NCBI GenBank assembly: GCA_004431415.1
Contig: QPMI01000588.1
Coordinates: 62,001-126,000, forward strand
Direction: 5' to 3'
Origin: Cyanophora paradoxa CCMP329
Lineage: Eukaryota; Plantae; Glaucophyta
Length of the DNA stretch: 64,000 bases
Within the stretch, counting starts at the first letter, position 1. Each line of letters begins with the position of its first letter. The position numbers were made by a program, and so were the translations under genes. Positions 63,930 to 64,000 of this stretch are shown here, piece after piece. Under the pieces are notes generated by a model. The model ran no database searches, was not told where the DNA came from, and saw nothing but the letters and a program-made list of their open reading frames with translations.

Positions 63930-64000
63930 GTTACGCAATTGTTACGCATGCGTTGCGCATGCGTTGCGCATGCGTTGCACTTAGCGTTGGGCATGCGTTC
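63930..64000. repeat. 11-bp minisatellite (gttgcgcatgc-like), about 6-7 copies, running off the window end
   Basis: gttacgcaatt gttacgcatgc gttgcgcatgc gttgcgcatgc gttgcacttagc gttgggcatgc. Confidence 0.75.

Overview
GC-rich, intron-dense eukaryotic nuclear DNA. Two phycobilisome-related genes of cyanobacterial type (cpcS, nblB) carry N-terminal transit-peptide-like extensions (MAF..., MEAY...) and many short introns, which points to a glaucophyte alga such as Cyanophora (inference). Genes are split into many small exons, so most ORFs in the supplied track are exon fragments or GC-rich shadow frames. All gene models below were spliced by eye and their boundaries are approximate. Gene order: 3' part of a TPR/TRANK1-like gene (+); BTB/POZ gene (-); large helical hypothetical gene (-); ENA-like (P2D) P-type ATPase (+); an accessory patch at about 16.6-22.2 kb (orphan fragment, pRiA4b-Orf3-like gene, copied piece of the neighbouring cyclase, small Cys-rich gene); membrane class III nucleotide cyclase with two catalytic domains in inverted order (-); carboxylic-acid-reductase-like A-T-R enzyme with an N-terminal Cys-rich domain (-); cpcS (+); SRP54 (-); RING-BRCT protein (+); nblB (-); then an array of head-to-head F-box/LRR gene pairs at 46.4-63 kb with a very recent ~5.15 kb duplication and a chimeric middle gene. 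Best leads: frequent GC-AG splice donors that always follow exonic AG, the inverted adenylyl-type cyclase, the paired F-box cassette array and the Cys-domain CAR. No rRNA, tRNA or CRISPR array was recognised.
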